DNA of 64,000 bases from Fibrobacteria bacterium (GTDB lineage Bacteria > Fibrobacterota > Chitinivibrionia > Chitinivibrionales > FEN-1185): contig JBBIGR010000015.1 of assembly GCA_037447435.1 (NCBI GenBank), forward strand, positions 21,283 to 85,282. The letters run 5' to 3'. Each line of letters begins with the position of its first letter. The stretch's first letter is position 1. Below, one piece after another: positions 58,491 through 64,000 of this stretch. The position numbers and the translations under genes are program-made. Under the pieces are notes generated by a model. The model saw only the letters and a list, made by a program, of their open reading frames with translations. It ran no database searches and was not told the DNA's origin.

Positions 58491-58664
58491 TCTCTCGTCC
58501 CGCTCGCACGCCTATGCCAGTCTCTTCGGCGGCAATACACCTGGCAAAAAAATACTCTCGGTAAGCGTTACCGTTAGGTCTTAGGCGCTTGGGCGAAATA
58601 ACGTATTTATTTGCCAGGGCCGCTAAAAAAGAAACTGGCTTAGGCATGCGAGCGGGACGAGAGA
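58491..58664. repeat. 174-nt imperfect inverted repeat (MITE/REPIN-like element or structured RNA)
   Basis: Outer arms 33/36 complementary; inner CCTGGCAAA(A/T)AAATAC arms 15/16. Confidence 0.8.
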
Positions 58665-58707
58665 CTAACGTAATCGTCAAAATTGCGCAAAGAGAAAACA
58701 CCCTATC

Positions 58708-59172
58708 CTATATCTTCCAACCGGAGGCTTTTCCGGTCATGGTATCCATATGGATGAGGAGTACCGCGATCTTGTCGAACGATACAGGATCGTATTCGAA
58801 GCGTTGGTCGGTATAGTGTTTCATGATACAATCGAGCGCGGCTTTTTTTTCGTTTGCGTCGGTGACCAGGCCAGCATGCCCGAAACCCATGACGCAGTAA
58901 TAACGCATGGTCCATTTACAGGCGCTTTCCGCTGTCACCAATTCCGTGTTGCTTTCGAATTCCACGCACACGGCATTGTTTGCCTTAATGATGTCGAGCT
59001 TTCGGCCCGACGACGCGCAATGCGCATACACGACTCGGTCGTTATAACCGAAATTAAGCGGTACGATATACGGCATGCCGTTGTCGCATAATGCGATTCG
59101 GCACACCTGGGCCTTTTGGATGATCTCTTCCATAACCGCGATATCGGTAATTTCCTTATCGGTACGCCTCAT
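58708..59172 (-). CDS. pyridoxamine 5'-phosphate oxidase/NimA-like flavin-binding protein
   Basis: MRRTDKEI, PYIVPLNFG, HCASSGRK, MTGK. Confidence 0.88.
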   Translation of the reverse strand: MRRTDKEITDIAVMEEIIQKAQVCRIALCDNGMPYIVPLNFGYNDRVVYAHCASSGRKLDIIKANNAVCVEFESNTELVTAESACKWTMRYYCVMGFGHAGLVTDANEKKAALDCIMKHYTDQRFEYDPVSFDKIAVLLIHMDTMTGKASGWKI

Positions 59173-59861
59173 GCCAGCCACCTTTGCAATAATTTCGTTA
59201 AAAGTTTCTGCGCGTTTTGCGCGTAAACGTTCGTATCCAAAACGATCCGTTCTTTATCGTGGATAAAACCGTCTTCGACCAATTCGCTTTCGCATTTTTC
59301 AATAAGACCCTGCACGCTTTGCACCGTTGCCTCGATGTGGTATTGCAGGCCGATGACCCGCTCCTTGTAGATGAAACCTTGATTGACACATGCCAAGCTC
59401 GAGCCCTGCAACACGGCGCCCTCCGGAATCGCGAACGTGTCGCCGTGCCAATGCAATGCCGTATATTCTTTTGGCAATGCGTCGAACGGTTTTACGTTTG
59501 CGACGGCCGGCGATTGCAACACGGGAAACCAGCCGATTTCCTTGCAACGGTTTCGCGTCACCGGCGCACCAAGTGCGTCGGCAATGAGTTGCGCGCCCAG
59601 ACAAATACCCAGCACATACTTCCCGCTTAAAATCGAATTCCGGATAAACGTTTTTTCCTGCTTGAGCCAGGGGTATTCTTCATATTCGTAAACATTCATG
59701 GGGCCGCCCATCACGACAAGCAAATCGAATTCGGGACAATTTTGCAGCGAATCGCCGGCATGAAGCATCGAGCGCGTCACGGTGTGACCGAGATCCTTTG
59801 CCCACGATAAAATAAAAGCGGGATCTTCAAAATCAACATGCTGCACATAATGGATTTTCAT
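59169..59861 (-). CDS. class I glutamine amidotransferase
   Basis: MGGPMNV, GICLGAQL, QYHIE (Cys-His-Glu triad). Confidence 0.9.
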   Translation of the reverse strand: MKIHYVQHVDFEDPAFILSWAKDLGHTVTRSMLHAGDSLQNCPEFDLLVVMGGPMNVYEYEEYPWLKQEKTFIRNSILSGKYVLGICLGAQLIADALGAPVTRNRCKEIGWFPVLQSPAVANVKPFDALPKEYTALHWHGDTFAIPEGAVLQGSSLACVNQGFIYKERVIGLQYHIEATVQSVQGLIEKCESELVEDGFIHDKERIVLDTNVYAQNAQKLLTKLLQRWLA

Positions 59862-60170
59862 ACGGACTCCTAAAACACCGGATATTCGGAGATAGTTTTT
59901 TATTTCCTTTAAAAGGATGTCGGCAATTTCCAAAATATATCGGCTCAATCCCGGTCATTTATTTTTTCAACCAAAATCGTTTCCTCTATTTATATTATTG
60001 ATATATAACGGTTTAATCCGTTGCTTCCACCTTTGCTAATACTTCTTTGGATATGTCACAAGGGGGATAGTTTTACCTGAGATCATATCTGCGCGTTCCG
60101 CGCAGATAATAAATATATTGCTACTATGGTTACGAATCGGTATAATCACATTAACGTTTCCGGAGGAATT

Positions 60171-60365
60171 ATGAAACGTATCGCAGCGGTTACTTTGGTT
60201 TGTTTTACTTCGCTATTTCTCTTTTCGTGTTCAAATACCGAAAAATGCCTTGAAAAAGCGGGATATAAAAATTGCGACGGATTGAAAAACGCATTCAACT
60301 TGCAAAACAGCGACGAGGCTCAAAAGTACCATGACATCAAAACAAAATGCGGATGTAAAGACTGA
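60171..60365 (+). CDS. small Cys-rich lipoprotein
   Basis: GGAGG RBS; lipobox LFSC; four more Cys in the mature part. Confidence 0.7.
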   Translation: MKRIAAVTLVCFTSLFLFSCSNTEKCLEKAGYKNCDGLKNAFNLQNSDEAQKYHDIKTKCGCKD

Positions 60366-60366
60366 T

Positions 60367-60732
60367 ATGTCGCCCAAAGAGCATGGCGTGAACGATAGGC
60401 GTAAATTCAAGAGAAGGCTCTTAGTATACAACCTCGATGTGTTCGATGCGCAGACGAACGCCCCTTTGGGCCGCATGGTCGATATCACACCGGAAGGCAT
60501 GATGCTGGTTAGTGCAAGACCGGTCGAAGTCGATTCGGTCTTGCATTTGTCGGTCGAATTGCCGTCGGAAATTTTCAGTGCGAAGCGGGTCAATTTTACC
60601 GCGATCGCGCATTGGTGCAGGCACGACATAAACCCTGAACTTTTTGATACCGGATTGGAATTTACCGATATTTCCGATAAAAACATCGAAACCGTTGTCG
60701 GACTCATTGCCGATTACGCATTTCCCGATTAA
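60367..60732 (+). CDS. PilZ domain protein
   Basis: RRKFKR and DITPEG motifs, GLEF. Confidence 0.85.
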   Translation: MSPKEHGVNDRRKFKRRLLVYNLDVFDAQTNAPLGRMVDITPEGMMLVSARPVEVDSVLHLSVELPSEIFSAKRVNFTAIAHWCRHDINPELFDTGLEFTDISDKNIETVVGLIADYAFPD

Positions 60733-60744
60733 CGGCACTGTACG

Positions 60745-62007
60745 ATGAACGATTCTTCACTGTTCTTCAGATTCGGCGTAAGCCTGGCTATCGGCGTATT
60801 GGTCGGTATTCAGCGCGAGTTTTCTTCCGACAATCACCAGAAGGAACTGGCGGCAGGAGTACGGACATTCGGCATGCTCGGCCTGGTGGGCTGCAGCGCG
60901 GCCCTGGTTTCCGATTTGCTCCATTCGCCATGGCCGCTTGTCAGCGTCATACTCGCCTTGTCCGGTTTTTTCGCCATTAATTACTATCTTGACGCAAAAG
61001 CAGGAAAACCGGGCCTCACGACAAAGGTCTCATTTGTTTGTACCGTGCTAGCCGGTGCCTTGACTTATTGGCAAAGTACCACGACGCTGGCGGTTGCCAT
61101 CGCCGTTGCCATGACCGTACTACTTTCCATTAAAATTCCTTTGCATAAATTCATCAAACACCTCACGCACGACGACGTGAGCGCGACCTTAAAACTTGCG
61201 GTCATCACCGCAATCGTGCTTCCTATTTTGCCCAATAAAATGTTCGGACCCGAGCCGTTCAATATTTTCAACCCGCTTAAATTGTGGCTGTTCGTGGTTT
61301 TCATTTCGGCCATCAGCTTTGTAGGATATGTTCTTATCAAGGTCGTGGGATCAAAAAAAGGAATAGGCCTCACCGGCGTCATGGGCGGCTTGGCCTCGAG
61401 CACGGCCGTGACATTGAGCTTTACCGGCAAAAGTCATGAAAACCAGCACCTTGCAAAGCCCTTTGCCCTTGCAATAACCATAGCCTGGACCGTCATGTTC
61501 GTACGGGTGTTGGCAGTGGTCGCCGTGCTCAATAGCTCACTTATCAAGACCATACTTTTACCCATGTGCGGGTCCATAGCCGCCGGGCTCATTTGCTGTG
61601 CGTTTTTGTATAAAGCGCAAAAAACCGAGCACCGTCACGATTTGGCATTCAGCAATCCTTTCGAACTTGGGCTTGCGATAAAATTCGGCATTTTGTTTGC
61701 GGTCATTCTGTTTATTTCCCGCGCTACGCAGGTGTATCTCGGCAATCTCGGCGTGTATGCGTCCAGCTTTGTCGCGGGAATGGCCGATGTCGACGCGATC
61801 GCGTTTTCGATGGCAAAACTTGCCCGAGGCCTCGGCGGACTCGACCATACGATAGCGTCCCGCGCCATCGTTCTTGCTGCGGTGTCCAACACCATGGTCA
61901 AAGGCTGCATCGTGATTTTTACCGGTGCGAAGCCGCTTAAAAAGGCCATCATTCCCGGATTCGTCCTCATGATGATCGTCGGCATTGCGTTGTCTTTTGT
62001 AGTGTAG
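60745..62007 (+). CDS. MgtC/SapB family protein with DUF4010
   Basis: GIQRE, AGVRTF, GGLASSTAVT, NPFEL, DVDAI. Confidence 0.9.
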   Translation: MNDSSLFFRFGVSLAIGVLVGIQREFSSDNHQKELAAGVRTFGMLGLVGCSAALVSDLLHSPWPLVSVILALSGFFAINYYLDAKAGKPGLTTKVSFVCTVLAGALTYWQSTTTLAVAIAVAMTVLLSIKIPLHKFIKHLTHDDVSATLKLAVITAIVLPILPNKMFGPEPFNIFNPLKLWLFVVFISAISFVGYVLIKVVGSKKGIGLTGVMGGLASSTAVTLSFTGKSHENQHLAKPFALAITIAWTVMFVRVLAVVAVLNSSLIKTILLPMCGSIAAGLICCAFLYKAQKTEHRHDLAFSNPFELGLAIKFGILFAVILFISRATQVYLGNLGVYASSFVAGMADVDAIAFSMAKLARGLGGLDHTIASRAIVLAAVSNTMVKGCIVIFTGAKPLKKAIIPGFVLMMIVGIALSFVV

Positions 62008-62018
62008 CGGAATTACCT

Positions 62019-62939
62019 ATGGACCTCAAATATCAACCGTATTCCTACACGCCCGTTTTGGGTTGGTCGATTTCCCGTTACGAAACATTCGACAAATGCA
62101 AACGCCAATATTTCTATACCTATTATTCAAAGTTCGTCAAGGGCGTACCGCAGTACAAAATAACGCAGCTCAAGGAACTCACTTCGGTCGCGCTCGAGAT
62201 CGGCAACGTGGTCCACGATGTGGTGGAAGCGTTTTTAAAGCGGCTCCAAAAAAGCGACAGCGACATAGACGAAAACCGGTTTTTCGTCTTTGCCAAGGAA
62301 AAGACACTGCAGTATTTTTCGTCAAAAACCTTTTTGGAAACCCATTACGGTTTGTACGACGCGATAGATAAAGACAAGGCTTTTGAAAAAATAGAAACAT
62401 GCCTTAAGAATTTCATCACAAGCCCTATGTTCACCTGGTTGTTCATGAAGGCGATAACCAATAAGACGAATTGGATGATCGAACCGCCGGGATACGGCGA
62501 AACCAGGCTCTGCGGTCTTAAGGCCTACTGCAAAATGGACTTTTTATTCCCTGTGGATAAAGATATTTACATTCTGGACTGGAAAACCGGTTCCAAAGAC
62601 ACCTACAAGCACTCGCAGCAGCTCATCGGCTATGCTGCCGCGGCAAGCAATAATTTTTCCATTCCCTGGAACACGATTTTCCCTAAAATCATTTATTTGT
62701 ACCCCACGTTCGAGGAATTCGAAATACCGTTGACGGAACAGGATTTTTCGGGGTTTTACAACAGAATAATGCAGCAAACGCAGGAAATGCACGCCTATTG
62801 CGCCGACGTGCAAAACAATATTCCCTTGCCCATGGATAACTTCCCGTGCTCTCCCTCGAGCTCTTTATGCAGGTTCTGTAATTTTTCGGAATTATGCTTG
62901 GGTAAAAAAAGCGCGCCCTCGAATGAGGGCGCGTTTTAA
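62019..62939 (+). CDS. PD-(D/E)XK nuclease (RecB/AddB/Cas4-like, probable 4Fe-4S)
   Basis: SISR..C, GNVVH, KMD..ILDWKTG, QLIGY, CRFC-x5-C. Confidence 0.85.
   Translation: MDLKYQPYSYTPVLGWSISRYETFDKCKRQYFYTYYSKFVKGVPQYKITQLKELTSVALEIGNVVHDVVEAFLKRLQKSDSDIDENRFFVFAKEKTLQYFSSKTFLETHYGLYDAIDKDKAFEKIETCLKNFITSPMFTWLFMKAITNKTNWMIEPPGYGETRLCGLKAYCKMDFLFPVDKDIYILDWKTGSKDTYKHSQQLIGYAAAASNNFSIPWNTIFPKIIYLYPTFEEFEIPLTEQDFSGFYNRIMQQTQEMHAYCADVQNNIPLPMDNFPCSPSSSLCRFCNFSELCLGKKSAPSNEGAF
62904..62937. terminator. bidirectional terminator overlapping the end of the nuclease gene
   Basis: A7-GCGCGCCCTC-GAAT-GAGGGCGCG-TTTT. Confidence 0.65.
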
Positions 62940-62991
62940 GGGAATCGTAAAGTCCGGGTGAGGCGGATACCGCATTGCGGTATCTTTGATT

Positions 62992-63999
62992 TTATTTCTT
63001 CACCTTTGCTTTGCTGACGCCGCTATCCATGGGCATATCGACATTCGACGTGTCGACTTTTCTGCCCTGGCGTTTTGCTTCGGCACGCAATTCCTCGACG
63101 CTGTTCATCGGTTCGCCCAAATGCAAGGTCATGAATTCGGCGTCGTCCGACAATTCGCAACCCGAACCGTTTTTAAGCACCCATTTGTAATTGACTTCGG
63201 CAAGATCGGGCTTATTGAGATATTCGTCGTAAATGAAGCCGATCATGAAAAACGTATTGCACAATTTGCTCTTGTCGTTGCCCAAAATCAGGAAACTGCG
63301 GTAATTGTTGACCGCCTCGTTGTATTCGCCTTTTTCCGTTTGTATTTTAGCAAGCTCGGTAAAGGAGCGAACGCCTTCGGGGGTGAACGGATAAAAAGAA
63401 ACCAACTGACGATAAACGCTCGACGCTTCTGCGGTATTCCCCGTATCGCGGAGCGAATCGGCATGTACTATCATTGCTGCGGGGGTTCCATCCTGTTCGT
63501 CCTTGTATTCGGCAGCGGTATACGACACCGTGTGCTTCTTACGCATGGCGTAAATGATGCTGTCGACTTTGTTATACGTTTGTTTCTTAACAAACTGCGA
63601 TACCGAGCGGTTGATTCCTGCGGTATCTTTCGCGGTCACGGCGTTGCGTTCGTCCCACATGGCGTAGACGCATAACGCGGTATCGATACGCACGTCTTTT
63701 GAGACCTTCGGCACGAGGTAGTTATTGACATAGTTGATGGCCACTTCCGCTTCCCAGGCGCTTTCGACGATCGCCTTTACGTCGGGTTGGTCGGAAAATC
63801 CGCATTTCTTGGCATCTTCGGTGAAGAGTTTCCACTTAAGCAACCACTTCGCCAAATCGCGCTGGCCGTTGGGGTTGTTATAGAGACCGCGTTGCGTTTC
63901 GGGAAGCCAGCTCATGATCACCGCCATGTCTTCCGGCGTGATCAGCTTGCCTTTTCCATACCATTCGGACAAAGAATCCGGAAGGGGCTTCTTGTATTT
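62992..63999 (-). CDS. 5'-truncated protein with C-terminal TPR repeats
   Basis: Frame open to the window end; TPR-like helices (GEYNEAVNNY, FMIGFIY). Confidence 0.7.
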   Translation of the reverse strand, partial: KYKKPLPDSLSEWYGKGKLITPEDMAVIMSWLPETQRGLYNNPNGQRDLAKWLLKWKLFTEDAKKCGFSDQPDVKAIVESAWEAEVAINYVNNYLVPKVSKDVRIDTALCVYAMWDERNAVTAKDTAGINRSVSQFVKKQTYNKVDSIIYAMRKKHTVSYTAAEYKDEQDGTPAAMIVHADSLRDTGNTAEASSVYRQLVSFYPFTPEGVRSFTELAKIQTEKGEYNEAVNNYRSFLILGNDKSKLCNTFFMIGFIYDEYLNKPDLAEVNYKWVLKNGSGCELSDDAEFMTLHLGEPMNSVEELRAEAKRQGRKVDTSNVDMPMDSGVSKAKVKK

Positions 64000-64000
64000 T

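Noticed and set aside
58480..58816. Short ORFs across the long inverted repeat
   Set aside because: Products of the palindromic sequence and overlap with a real gene; no RBS or motifs

Overview
Chromosomal window of about 50 CDS, with no rRNA, tRNA, CRISPR array, integrase or transposase seen. Gene content (T9SS-like C-terminal sorting domains, a protein resembling the Fibrobacter TIGR02171 family, GH20/GH2, kdsB, gatC, type IV pilus parts) suggests Fibrobacterota, possibly Chitinivibrionia; this is inference, not a database result. The first 35 kb is mostly housekeeping and signalling: a VOC pair, an RRM protein, a radical SAM protein, MacAB-TolC, rhomboid-coaD, GH20, rsmD, PilM/N-like, thiME, HD-GYP, kdsB, gatC, UvrD, PilB, thiL, STAS, FapA, a divergent Tex, LOG, L,D-transpeptidase and a MurC-like ligase. 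The most interesting part is 35.1-58.5 kb, an apparent amino-sugar regulon. It has six 16-bp boxes resembling NagR/DasR operators and encodes a GH2, an orphan outer-membrane beta-barrel, a sugar porter, three uncharacterised secreted proteins, a large Ig-domain lipoprotein, a NUDIX-DegT-Gfo/Idh-nagB operon, a NagR-like GntR regulator and a NagB/PIG-L fusion. Also found: an unannotated 26-aa Lys/Ala/Val peptide gene, a 174-nt inverted repeat, a heptamer tandem repeat, two sigma54-type promoters and an orphan tail-fibre-like gene.
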